Part shown: positions 16,601 through 24,214 of the stretch, one piece after another
Numbering within the stretch: position 1 is the stretch's first letter
How the letters are laid out: each line of letters starts with the position of its first letter
IMG/VR virus record: IMGVR_UViG_3300023106_000013
Span: 1 to 56,613 of that record
Length of the DNA stretch: 56,613 nucleotides
Reading direction: 5' to 3' (one strand)
Source: a virus
Lineage: Duplodnaviria > Caudoviricetes
Made by a program: the position numbers and the translations under genes
The notes under the pieces: generated by a model
What the model saw: the letters and a program-made list of their open reading frames with translations, nothing else
Told to the model about the DNA's origin: nothing
Databases searched by the model: none

Positions 16601-17025
16601 TCTGCCCCTTTAAGATTTGCGAGGAAGGAACGCGCAGCGCGCAAATCACCGATATGAAACGGGCTGTTCCACGCCACATTGCCGCTGTCGTTATCTGGAG
16701 GGTCATATCTGGCAGCCTGCTCGGCAAACGGCGCCAGCACCTTCGCCGCCTCGTCCAGCTTTGCCTCTGCTGTGGTGGCACGATCCCGGAATTGACGACA
16801 TGCTTCGACCTTTGCGGCATAAGCCGGTGCTGCCACCCAATCATTGTCCAGAGCAGCATCCCGCTCTTTCCTCAGCCTTTCGTTCTCGGCGCGGAGAGAT
16901 TGTAATTCCAGCACAATTGCATGAATATCAACGGTAGGTAGTCCAGCCTGCCAACCAATGTCTGGCGGGCTAACACGATTTAGAATTTCAACCAACCGCT
17001 GATCACTGACATTGCTCATAGCCAA
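16597..17025 (-). CDS. Ead/Ea22-like coiled-coil accessory protein
   Basis: ELQSLRAENERLRKERD; VLAPFA; GDLRAAR. Confidence 0.6.
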   Translation of the reverse strand: MAMSNVSDQRLVEILNRVSPPDIGWQAGLPTVDIHAIVLELQSLRAENERLRKERDAALDNDWVAAPAYAAKVEACRQFRDRATTAEAKLDEAAKVLAPFAEQAARYDPPDNDSGNVAWNSPFHIGDLRAARSFLANLKGAE

Positions 17026-17264
17026 ATCTCCTCACCTGTCTCAGAACATGCTCTGACACGGAATATTGCATAGCATGCAGGCTTTGTGGGCTCGACATGA
17101 ACCGGCACTACAATAGGCTTGGGTGTTGGTGTGTCAGGCTGGATTAGAAGGCTCTGACGATGTTCGTAGGCTTCTCGTGATGCCGCGCCGGGGTTGATCA
17201 GGTCTTGGATGTTGCTGGCCGCTAGGAATGGGGAGAGGCTTAGAATGAGGATTGTACGGATCAT
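17016..17264 (-). CDS. Hypothetical protein with signal-peptide-like N-terminus
   Basis: MIRTILILSLSPFLAAS; ATGA coupling. Confidence 0.5.
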   Translation of the reverse strand: MIRTILILSLSPFLAASNIQDLINPGAASREAYEHRQSLLIQPDTPTPKPIVVPVHVEPTKPACYAIFRVRACSETGEEIWL

Positions 17265-17494
17265 TTGGACCGCGCCTCTAGCATAGCATCGGCCAATTTG
17301 TATGCGTCCTGCGCCATGCTCTCATGCGTAGCTACCTCTGGCGCGAGCCGAACAAATACCTCAATCACTGCGCCTATGGCTTGCCCTGCGAACCAATCCC
17401 TCAACGTCATTCCTTGGTTGGCATGCAGACCGCTATCCGATCCACCCTCAGCTGGAAATGCTGGTCCGCCGTCATTCTTCGTTTCGTCTGTCAT
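17261..17494 (-). CDS. Conserved phage protein of the GGPAFP/GMTLRDWFAGQA family
   Basis: NDGGPAFP...GMTLRDWFAGQA...AYKLADAMLEAR. Confidence 0.8.
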   Translation of the reverse strand: MTDETKNDGGPAFPAEGGSDSGLHANQGMTLRDWFAGQAIGAVIEVFVRLAPEVATHESMAQDAYKLADAMLEARSK

Positions 17495-17523
17495 CTGATC
17501 CTCCAAGATCGTTTTGTTTTAGG

Positions 17524-17757
17524 TTAGGTGGTTGGCTGGGGAGGTTGAAGGTAAACCTTGCGCAGTGCGTAGGCATGCACTTCGGGCCAATTCACCTTTT
17601 GCGGGTGCTCCAAAGCCTCTTTCTCGGTGCGGAAGGCAAAGGTGTGCGCATCAGGCCAAATCGATAAAACTGGAACATCAGCCCGATTCCCACGTTCCTC
17701 CGTTGTCAGATAGCACCATACCCAAATCGGCTCATTCATCGTTAAGCCCTCGGTCAT
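17524..17757 (-). CDS. Hypothetical protein
   Basis: 77 aa ORF in operon orientation. Confidence 0.5.
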   Translation of the reverse strand: MTEGLTMNEPIWVWCYLTTEERGNRADVPVLSIWPDAHTFAFRTEKEALEHPQKVNWPEVHAYALRKVYLQPPQPTT

Positions 17758-17778
17758 CTCTCTACTCTCTCGTTGTGT

Positions 17779-17994
17779 TTAGTTGGGCTTGGGAATGGGT
17801 GTGAAAACCGTCTCGCGGTTAAACCCCATAGTCATCGCCATAGAGCGACTTACTGACCTGCGACCGTTCAGAACATCGCTTACGAATGACTCGTTGATCT
17901 TGTTCTTCTTAGCCCAAGCTTTCTGACCGCCTGCCTCCTCGCATTCATACTTCAGACGATGGATGATTTCTTTTTCTGTAATTGCCATATACAA
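17779..17994 (-). CDS. Cro-like HTH regulator
   Basis: GGQKAWAKKNKINESFVSDVLNGRR. Confidence 0.75.
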   Translation of the reverse strand: MYMAITEKEIIHRLKYECEEAGGQKAWAKKNKINESFVSDVLNGRRSVSRSMAMTMGFNRETVFTPIPKPN

Positions 17995-18012
17995 TTCCCC
18001 TTGTTCACAAAT

Positions 18013-18041
18013 ATACTAACCGCACCATCCTTATCCGTCAA
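18013..18041 (-). promoter_or_regulatory. Sigma70-like promoter
   Basis: TTGACG-N17-TAGTAT upstream of the HTH gene. Confidence 0.6.
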
Positions 18042-18571
18042 CACCCTTCTTGCTCTGTCGGCAACTTCTCCCAAACACCCATAGCTCTACACGTAGCCCG
18101 AACCTTGGGAATTGTCGCGCCGGTCACAAGGCTGATATTCAATGCGCTATTCCCCGCCATGGCTAGCTGGAATATCCACCTGTTACGCTTGCTTGCGCGA
18201 ACCCCTGAGGGTCTTTCCGTTGTTTTTGAGAGTGAGGCGCACGGACTTGTTTCCCTGGTACTTGCCATAGCCCTCCCTGCCGTCTGTGAGGCTGACGCGG
18301 ATTGGCATTGTGGTGGCGAGTTCTCTGCCCTTGCCTCCACCCCATTTGTATGGCCTGCCGAAATCAACGCGCCCGGTTTCTCCTCCATCCCCAGCGAAGG
18401 TTCTTCGGGTTTCATTGATGGTTCCGTTGATTTCAACCATTGCATGTGTCTCGTTCTGTTGAGATGATTTGTGTTATCCGTTGTGCCAATGCCGTGGGTT
18501 TGGACTGCGGTAGCGCGATCATCGGGGTTAAGTCTTAGTTCCTCACGGCGCTCTAGGATGAAGGAAATCAT
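18038..18571 (-). CDS. Hypothetical protein (frame and start uncertain)
   Basis: ATGA coupling to methylase stop; competing ORF 18183..18440. Confidence 0.3.
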   Translation of the reverse strand: MISFILERREELRLNPDDRATAVQTHGIGTTDNTNHLNRTRHMQWLKSTEPSMKPEEPSLGMEEKPGALISAGHTNGVEARAENSPPQCQSASASQTAGRAMASTRETSPCASLSKTTERPSGVRASKRNRWIFQLAMAGNSALNISLVTGATIPKVRATCRAMGVWEKLPTEQEGC

Positions 18572-19350
18572 ATTGGCCTGCTCATTTCTCCGGCTATCCG
18601 GGCGACCTGCGGATGAATGCAGTTTCCTAGCGCTTCTATTCGGTCCATCCAATTGGCAGGCCAGCCATCCACTCCCCGAAGCAGGGGTTCAGGCCAACTA
18701 TGTCCTCGCTCGAATGGATGGTCGCAGAGGTGCTGCAAATCCTCCTGGCGACCCGACCACCTTTGTCCAGTTTCGCCAATACCGAAGCCTTGGATCGATC
18801 CCTGAACTCGCTGGCCGGTAGGGTAGGCAACAATGACAACCCTTTCGCGGCGCTGGATGGAACCAACGGCGTACGCTGGTATGACTTCCCAGATTGCATC
18901 AAACCCGATCGCGGCCAACTCTGAGAGAACGACACCGAACCATTCGCCTGTGGGCTGTCCGTCAACATAAGGTCCATCAAGGAGGTCTGTGACATTTTCC
19001 AGAATGATCCTCTGGAGTCCGTCTCCAGCAAGGCCAGCAATTCGAATGATCTCAAAGAAAAGGCTGCTTCGCTCGCCTTCGAACCCGACTTGGACGCCAT
19101 GCGCTCTACCTGCCTTGCTTAGTTCCGTGCATGGGAAGCCGCCGCATATGGCTTCCGGGCGGATATACTCCACCATATCACGATCAATGTCTTTTACGTC
19201 TTTCAGGATCGGCACATTATGCCAATGCCGGTGCAGGATTCGCCAGCGGTCTTCGTTGAACTCACAGAACGCCACAGTCTCGTATAGCCCCGTAGCTTCC
19301 AAGCCCTTGCTGAATCCACCCAACCCACTGAATAGGTCTAGTAGCCTCAT
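18568..19350 (-). CDS. DNA cytosine-5 methyltransferase, large (alpha) polypeptide
   Basis: LDLFSGLGG (I), GGFPC (IV), ENV (VI), QRRERV (VIII), ALGN (X); motif IX not seen in this frame. Confidence 0.9.
   Translation of the reverse strand: MRLLDLFSGLGGFSKGLEATGLYETVAFCEFNEDRWRILHRHWHNVPILKDVKDIDRDMVEYIRPEAICGGFPCTELSKAGRAHGVQVGFEGERSSLFFEIIRIAGLAGDGLQRIILENVTDLLDGPYVDGQPTGEWFGVVLSELAAIGFDAIWEVIPAYAVGSIQRRERVVIVAYPTGQRVQGSIQGFGIGETGQRWSGRQEDLQHLCDHPFERGHSWPEPLLRGVDGWPANWMDRIEALGNCIHPQVARIAGEMSRPI
18636..19100 (-). CDS. Nested alternative-frame small (beta) polypeptide of the C5-methyltransferase; start uncertain
   Basis: WPRSGLM, LLPTLPASE and LNPCFGEWMAGLPIGWT (motif IX-like). Confidence 0.75.
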   Translation of the reverse strand: MASKSGSKASEAAFSLRSFELLALLETDSRGSFWKMSQTSLMDLMLTDSPQANGSVSFSQSWPRSGLMQSGKSYQRTPLVPSSAAKGLSLLPTLPASEFRDRSKASVLAKLDKGGRVARRICSTSATIHSSEDIVGLNPCFGEWMAGLPIGWTE

Positions 19351-19397
19351 TTACATCTTCTCTTGTTTGGATGGAGTGGGTTGGGCTTGGGAGAGGT

Positions 19398-19670
19398 TCA
19401 TTCCAGAGGCCTCACTGTCACATTCCAGCCGGAATTTTCGATGGCCTGCATTAGTGCGTTATTTCTTCGCCTGTCATCGGGCTCATCGGGAAATTGCTCC
19501 TTGAGCTTCGAATAGATAGCCCGGAATGATTTATAGATGGCTTTGGCTTCTGGGGTATCGACGGTTTGCATGATCCGAATAATCCCGTCGCCGTTAATCA
19601 TCTCCTCGTCAACTTCCTTGAAGAACCTCTTCTCAGGCTTCAGGTTTCTAGGCGGGCTAATATCTCTCAT
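19398..19670 (-). CDS. Hypothetical protein
   Basis: 90 aa; RBS and ATGA coupling. Confidence 0.55.
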   Translation of the reverse strand: MRDISPPRNLKPEKRFFKEVDEEMINGDGIIRIMQTVDTPEAKAIYKSFRAIYSKLKEQFPDEPDDRRRNNALMQAIENSGWNVTVRPLE

Positions 19671-20248
19671 CTATCCTCTCCTGCATCCATGCCGTCAGTA
19701 TCGGCGCTGTTAAACGTCTCGTATCGTAGCTTATCGATCAGGTATGAACTTACCTTTATGCCGGGAATACGTTCCTCAAACTCATGGGCATAGAAGGCGT
19801 CGTGGCGCTTGGCGTCCTCTTTGGCCCTAGCGATTTCTGCTGGCGTTTTCTGCTTTGGATCGACGGATTCAACAAACCCCTCCATCATGCTCCTTACCCT
19901 CGCCATTGCCTCTGGAGTGCGGGATTGCTCTACCTCTGCATCCTTGTCCTGAGCGATGAATTGCTGCCGCCCTGCCTCTAGAAGCCGCTGCACCTTGCCG
20001 TCATTCGCCTGCACAACTCGAATATGGGTTGATAGCTCATCGCAGCTTGGGACGAATGCACGGTTCTTTGCGTCTCGTGGAACCTGTCCGGTAATGAACT
20101 GCTCAATGCCCATGCGGACGAAATTGAAGGGGTAATAGTCCACGGCCTCTAGGTACGTATCGACCGTTGCGCGGCTTACCTTGCTCTCAGCGCCCGGATA
20201 GGCGCGGAACAGACGCAAGATCAAGGCTTCCTTGGCTTCGCGTTCCAT
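19667..20248 (-). CDS. Putative helicase loader/inhibitor (lambda P / G39P-like position)
   Basis: LFRAYP...YLEAVDYYP...FVPSCDEL pattern; follows initiator-like domain. Confidence 0.55.
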   Translation of the reverse strand: MEREAKEALILRLFRAYPGAESKVSRATVDTYLEAVDYYPFNFVRMGIEQFITGQVPRDAKNRAFVPSCDELSTHIRVVQANDGKVQRLLEAGRQQFIAQDKDAEVEQSRTPEAMARVRSMMEGFVESVDPKQKTPAEIARAKEDAKRHDAFYAHEFEERIPGIKVSSYLIDKLRYETFNSADTDGMDAGEDR

Positions 20249-20528
20249 TTCTAATCCTCTCTGCTAGGTCCTGCTCTAGGCGGTCTAGGTTGGTCATTCC
20301 CATGCTGCGCTGCTGTGTGTTCTGTACCCAGCTTGGCTCTATGGATTGCCATCCCTTTTCTATCATCATCTCAGCGGCGGCGTTGGGGTCTGGACACGCT
20401 GCCAGCTTCTTAGCCAAGAGCTTTGCTGCGAAGTCTGTCATGGGCTTTCGAAGGCGTTGGCGGTGTTTGATTAGCTCCTCCGCATGTTCCTCGTCCACGG
20501 TGGTTTCAAGCCACTGCCTTGGCGTCAT
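20187..20528 (-). CDS. Stand-alone C-terminal domain of a phage replication initiator
   Basis: LIKHRQRLRKPMTDFAAKLLAKKLAACPDPNAAAEMMIEKGWQSI resembles C-terminal domains of alphaproteobacterial phage initiators. Confidence 0.55.
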   Translation of the reverse strand: MTPRQWLETTVDEEHAEELIKHRQRLRKPMTDFAAKLLAKKLAACPDPNAAAEMMIEKGWQSIEPSWVQNTQQRSMGMTNLDRLEQDLAERIRNGTRSQGSLDLASVPRLSGR

Positions 20529-20674
20529 TCTGTTCTACCCCTTTTGGCTTTCGAGGCCGTGTCATTGCGCTTCGCTTCCGCCCTCAAGCGCTTCATGCGG
20601 TCTCGGTCATATTGCTTCTTATCAAACCCGTTAGGCGGCCTGCCCCGCCCTCGCTTTACGCTTTCTTCGCGCAT
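20525..20674 (-). CDS. AT-hook/basic-helix peptide (49 aa), absent from ORF track
   Basis: MREESVKRGRGRPPNGFDKKQYDRDRMKRLRAEAK...; ATGA-coupled to 20187..20528. Confidence 0.6.
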   Translation of the reverse strand: MREESVKRGRGRPPNGFDKKQYDRDRMKRLRAEAKRNDTASKAKRGRTE

Positions 20675-20868
20675 TGCTCTCTCATCCTCAATCGTTCCTC
20701 TAAAAAATCTTCTTGTGCGGGGGTAAGTACGTCTCCGTTGAGCCGGTCTACGGCCAACATCACAGTGGATGCGTCAACATGCCATCCTTCGGATTTTAGC
20801 TTGGCATAAAGACTTAACAGCCTTTCTATCAAATACTGCTCGATAGGAGGCGGATATAGGGGGCTCAC
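20656..20868 (-). CDS. Hypothetical protein
   Basis: 70 aa, GTGA coupling. Confidence 0.5.
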   Translation of the reverse strand: MSPLYPPPIEQYLIERLLSLYAKLKSEGWHVDASTVMLAVDRLNGDVLTPAQEDFLEERLRMREQCAKKA

Positions 20869-21116
20869 GCCCCCGCCTCCATTACGATTGAAACAATCTC
20901 GTTTGCCTGCATACCAGAAACCGCTGCGGTGAAAGCGTCACGAGCAGCCTTAGCTGCAACTTCCATTGCTTCAAGCTGGTGGCCATACGTTTCGAAGGCA
21001 TACACACCGGCTTTGGTGTAGCTCATAAACTTGAGCTTGTTTGCGTTGAAGTGGAAACGATCCCAGGCCTTTTTGTTGGCGGCTGCAAGTGCGACGATCT
21101 CGGTGCGGTTGGTCAT
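20865..21116 (-). CDS. Hypothetical protein
   Basis: 83 aa; RBS ggagag and upstream TTGCGT-N16-TAAATT. Confidence 0.6.
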   Translation of the reverse strand: MTNRTEIVALAAANKKAWDRFHFNANKLKFMSYTKAGVYAFETYGHQLEAMEVAAKAARDAFTAAVSGMQANEIVSIVMEAGA

Positions 21117-21214
21117 TTCTTCTCTCCGTTTGTGATTATTAATTTACACGACTTCTCACATAACGCAAGCATTAAAATCGACCGTCGCTCAAATAATGTT
21201 CGGATAGCTTAGGA

Positions 21215-21249
21215 TAAGAAAAACCCGCCGAGCGGGGGAGCTGGCGGGC
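21215..21249 (-). terminator. Intrinsic terminator for leftward transcription
   Basis: - strand cccgccagc-tcccc-cgctcggcggg followed by tttttctt. Confidence 0.7.
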
Positions 21250-21278
21250 TTGACTTGTGGGCTTTAGGGGCCGATTAT
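21250..21278 (+). promoter_or_regulatory. Sigma70-like promoter for candidate ncRNA 1
   Basis: TTGACT-N17-GATTAT. Confidence 0.55.
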
Positions 21279-21780
21279 GCAGAGGTCCTGAGCAAGTAAC
21301 CAGCTTCTCAGGGTGTCGGCTGGGTTTTTACCTTGGAAAGTTTCCCCTGCCGCTGAGACATAAACTAGCCGTATCTGCATTCGGTTTCAAGTCTCAATCT
21401 AAAACCTCCTGACGAGTTTTGCGGCACTCTCTCAAAGGTGTCGAAACAAAAAGTGATGGTCGGCGTGACCCATAGCCTCCATCCCCTGCACGTATCCCGG
21501 CAAAACCGGGGCTGGTCCGAACTGATAAGCCTCCTCTGGGCGTGACTTCCCAGGTAAAGCTTTGAAGGTGGTCTGCCAGATGAAAAGACCACAAGGCGGC
21601 GATACGGAATGATCGCAAGGTGCTTGCACCGAAAAGGAACTGAGTATGCGGCCTTCGGGCTTGGGCTAGTCACCCACTGCACATAAGGTTGGGCCATCCC
21701 TATACCGTGCAGGCAGAAAAGGGTTGAGCTATGTCTAAATAGTCAAGAGGCCCGCTCCGTTCATTCGTGGCGGGCCTCAT
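21277..21780 (+). ncRNA. Candidate ~500-nt structured ncRNA 1
   Basis: Long-range helices CATAGC/GCTATG and CCTGCACG/CGTGCAGG enclosing hairpins with cUUCGg and gCUUGc loops; terminal 9-bp hairpin; no credible ORF. Confidence 0.6.
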
Positions 21781-21808
21781 TGCTTCAGAGGCGTTATTGA
21801 TGTACAAT
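21780..21808 (+). promoter_or_regulatory. Sigma70-like promoter for candidate ncRNA 2
   Basis: TTGCTT-N17-TACAAT. Confidence 0.6.
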
Positions 21809-21813
21809 GTTTG

Positions 21814-22125
21814 TAAGGATGGATCGTCCGTAAAGGCAAGTTTAGCGGCGGGATATAGGCGAACTTGCAAAGCCAAGCCCGATGCGTGAATCCTTAGGGT
21901 CATCAGGACTACAGCGAGCATTGTAGTTTAAAACAGGTACGCACCCCGACCTGATAACCCCATCCAAAGCCATTGCACTAATACAGCAGTAGAGCTATTG
22001 TCGTGGCGTTAAGGGTGAAATTAGGTAGCGATGGGCGCACAAGCGTAGCAACGGTCTCCTAGTTCCCCTTAACCCCCACCCAACGGCCCGGATAGCTTAT
22101 AACAGCCTCCGGGCCTATTTGTTGG
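21814..22125 (+). ncRNA. Candidate ~310-nt structured ncRNA 2
   Basis: Consecutive helical domains with G-U pairs on + strand; ends in GGCCCGGA/TCCGGGCC hairpin followed by TATTTGTT. Confidence 0.6.
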
Positions 22126-22130
22126 TTAGG

Positions 22131-22601
22131 CTACATCAACACAATGACAGGTTTGCCGCCAAGCTTCTCGATAGCGGCGTTGAGGTGTCCTAGATGAAGC
22201 CCTGCATCAGGATCAATCCAGATCAAGCGCTCATCATCGGTGAATTTCACATCATCGAACGCAACCCAATCTGTGACTTCGGGATGGCGATGGAGCCAAT
22301 CCTTAACCGCAAGATCGCGTGGCATGTCAGGGTATTTAGTCGCTAGGTCCGTTTCATGAATATGGTCACGATCAAGGCCTTGTTTCTCTAGCGCAACGTC
22401 GATATCGTCAGTATCAATAAACGGGCGGTTATGCGTGGTATTGAATACAACCTTCGCGCCAGTCCGCTTGCAAAGCTCCTGAATGACGGCAACAGTTGTC
22501 TGCGGGAACCGCCGCTTCCAAGACGCCATGCTGTCCACGAGGAAGAAGCTCGCGGGGATCATTGGACCATCGATATCCAAGAAGATCACCTTCTCAGCCA
22601 T
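22131..22601 (-). CDS. HAD-family phosphatase (Swiss-Army-knife RNA-repair-like HAD domain)
   Basis: KVIFLDIDG...WVAFDD...IDPDAGL. Confidence 0.75.
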   Translation of the reverse strand: MAEKVIFLDIDGPMIPASFFLVDSMASWKRRFPQTTVAVIQELCKRTGAKVVFNTTHNRPFIDTDDIDVALEKQGLDRDHIHETDLATKYPDMPRDLAVKDWLHRHPEVTDWVAFDDVKFTDDERLIWIDPDAGLHLGHLNAAIEKLGGKPVIVLM

Positions 22602-22602
22602 T

Positions 22603-22875
22603 CTATTCTTCCTTCTCTGGATTGTGTGTAACCGTAGGCATGGGTTGCCAATGGGTCGGCTGGATATCTGGTTCTTTGTAGTCAGTGCCTGAATAGTCCT
22701 CCCGCTCAATAACCCGCTCACCATCCCAACTAGAACACCACTTCTTTCCGTACCATGCGATTGTCCATGGGCCATAGACGGTTGGCTTTTCCCGAAACCC
22801 GTAGTCCTTAACGAACACACCGATGATCTCCGTCCCGTCTTTCGGTGCCGTCTCAATATCCTGCCATTCGCTCAT
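22603..22875 (-). CDS. DUF551-like protein
   Basis: MSEWQDIETAPKDGTEI...PTHWQPMP. Confidence 0.8.
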   Translation of the reverse strand: MSEWQDIETAPKDGTEIIGVFVKDYGFREKPTVYGPWTIAWYGKKWCSSWDGERVIEREDYSGTDYKEPDIQPTHWQPMPTVTHNPEKEE

Positions 22876-22898
22876 TCTCGTCTCCTTTCAGCGGCTTG

Positions 22899-23468
22899 TC
22901 ATAGAGGTAGGTCTTTGACATGTTTCCAAATCTTCCCGGCCCGCACGAGCCGAATTAGGGAGCTATGGACACCGTATCGATCTGCTATCAAAATTGATGA
23001 TCCGGCTGATTTACGAATCTCCCTAACATCGTCCTCCGTAAGCTTCGAATTTTCTCGGTCCTCTCCACGCTGTTGAGTTGAATTATCCCTGAATGAGTGT
23101 TTTGGAGCATCCAGAGCTATCCCCTTCCTCAGCCTGTTCCTGATAGAGTTAGGGTGAAGTCCGTAAACCTCCGAGGCCTGCACCAGAGAAGTTCCGGGTA
23201 TGGTGTTGTTCCTCTTATTCCGGTTCTGTTCGGTTACGGTTGCCCATCGGCAGTTCTCCGGGAAGTACCCCTTTTCGTTATCGATACGGTCAATGGTGTG
23301 CTTTGGGGTGGGCTTCATTCCCATATCGCGGATGAAGTTGAGATAACTAACCCGCCATTCATCGCACACAGTGAGCCGCGCATAGTCGGCATGTTTTGGA
23401 TCATTCCCGTAAACACGATCCATCATCGAACGCCAGCTTCTGTATTCGCTAGACTGCCAAAGTTTCAT
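22899..23468 (-). CDS. HNH homing endonuclease with C-terminal HTH
   Basis: YRSWRSMM...TIDRIDNEKGYFPENCRWAT...NRNKR; SKLTEDDVREIR...WKHV. Confidence 0.85.
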   Translation of the reverse strand: MKLWQSSEYRSWRSMMDRVYGNDPKHADYARLTVCDEWRVSYLNFIRDMGMKPTPKHTIDRIDNEKGYFPENCRWATVTEQNRNKRNNTIPGTSLVQASEVYGLHPNSIRNRLRKGIALDAPKHSFRDNSTQQRGEDRENSKLTEDDVREIRKSAGSSILIADRYGVHSSLIRLVRAGKIWKHVKDLPL

Positions 23469-23847
23469 CGCCCTCGCTCCATGACTTAATGATGATTTGA
23501 ATGCCGCTGAATCCAAGGTTAGCCCACCTTACCGTTCCGCATTCGCATAGGTTGTCGTTTTCGATGACGCCGTGTTCCTGTAGAATGTCGGAAACAACCT
23601 TCTCTCGGTTCATGATATCGGACAGTTTATGACGCCGGGACCGATCGATGGTTATCTCGATGCTATAAGGCCCCGTAATCGGCTTCTGAGAGCGCATGGC
23701 GGCGTTTAGATCGTAACCGAATGCCAAGGCCCATGTTCGGTATTCAGTCGTTCTGTAACGCCCCCTGCCGCTTCCAGACTTATTGTTCGCGTAGCTCTTG
23801 TTTTGCGTAGGAGGTACGTGGGGGCTGGCGATGCGAACGACCGTCAT
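23449..23847 (-). CDS. RusA-like Holliday junction resolvase
   Basis: PPTQN...DIMNREKVVSDILQEHGVIEND. Confidence 0.7.
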   Translation of the reverse strand: MTVVRIASPHVPPTQNKSYANNKSGSGRGRYRTTEYRTWALAFGYDLNAAMRSQKPITGPYSIEITIDRSRRHKLSDIMNREKVVSDILQEHGVIENDNLCECGTVRWANLGFSGIQIIIKSWSEGDETLAV

Positions 23848-23957
23848 GACAGATACCCGAACCAGTAGAGCAGTCCGATGGTTGGGAAGATCGTTACCCA
23901 TGCGATGCAGAAGAGCACGAATAGGAGCGAGGCTAGAACAATGAGGCCGTCTACCAT
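23844..23957 (-). CDS. Small membrane protein (37 aa)
   Basis: MVDGLIVLASLLFVLFCIAWVTIFPTIGLLYWFGYLS*; coupled to both neighbours. Confidence 0.5.
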   Translation of the reverse strand: MVDGLIVLASLLFVLFCIAWVTIFPTIGLLYWFGYLS

Positions 23958-24214
23958 CACTCAACCCCATCCACGATGATCTCACAGTAGAGATCGATTT
24001 CCATCTGTAGGTTATCGGCCTGCTCTCGCTTATCGGCTGGCATGCGGGCTCGCTTCACAGCAGCATTGAAAGCTCGCGGGGAATATCCGGCGTTCTTGGC
24101 CTCTTGGTTGATCTCCCCGATATCCTCGCCTAGCGCGTCCCTTTCATCCTCCAAACGAATACGCCGGGCGGCTAGTTCGCGTAGTTCTTCGCGTGCGATG
24201 TTTGGCTTGGTCAT
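23957..24214 (-). CDS. GapR/DUF2312-family DNA-binding protein
   Basis: RIRLEDERDALGEDIGEINQEAKNAGYSPRAF...EIDLY. Confidence 0.8.
   Translation of the reverse strand: MTKPNIAREELRELAARRIRLEDERDALGEDIGEINQEAKNAGYSPRAFNAAVKRARMPADKREQADNLQMEIDLYCEIIVDGVE

Noticed and set aside
21409-21447. Hammerhead-like CTGACGAG...CGAAAC
   Set aside because: Stem II does not start directly after the core, and I could not build stems I and III; the bases fit two simple hairpins better
21365-21921. Short - strand ORFs (110, 74, 65, 73 aa)
   Set aside because: Mutually overlapping, no RBS or motifs; region better explained as + strand structured RNA
22876-22900. Possible orphan RusA tail (KPLKGDE) after the HNH gene, versus KSWSEGDE
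   Set aside because: Too short; the GDE match can arise from RBS-like sequence
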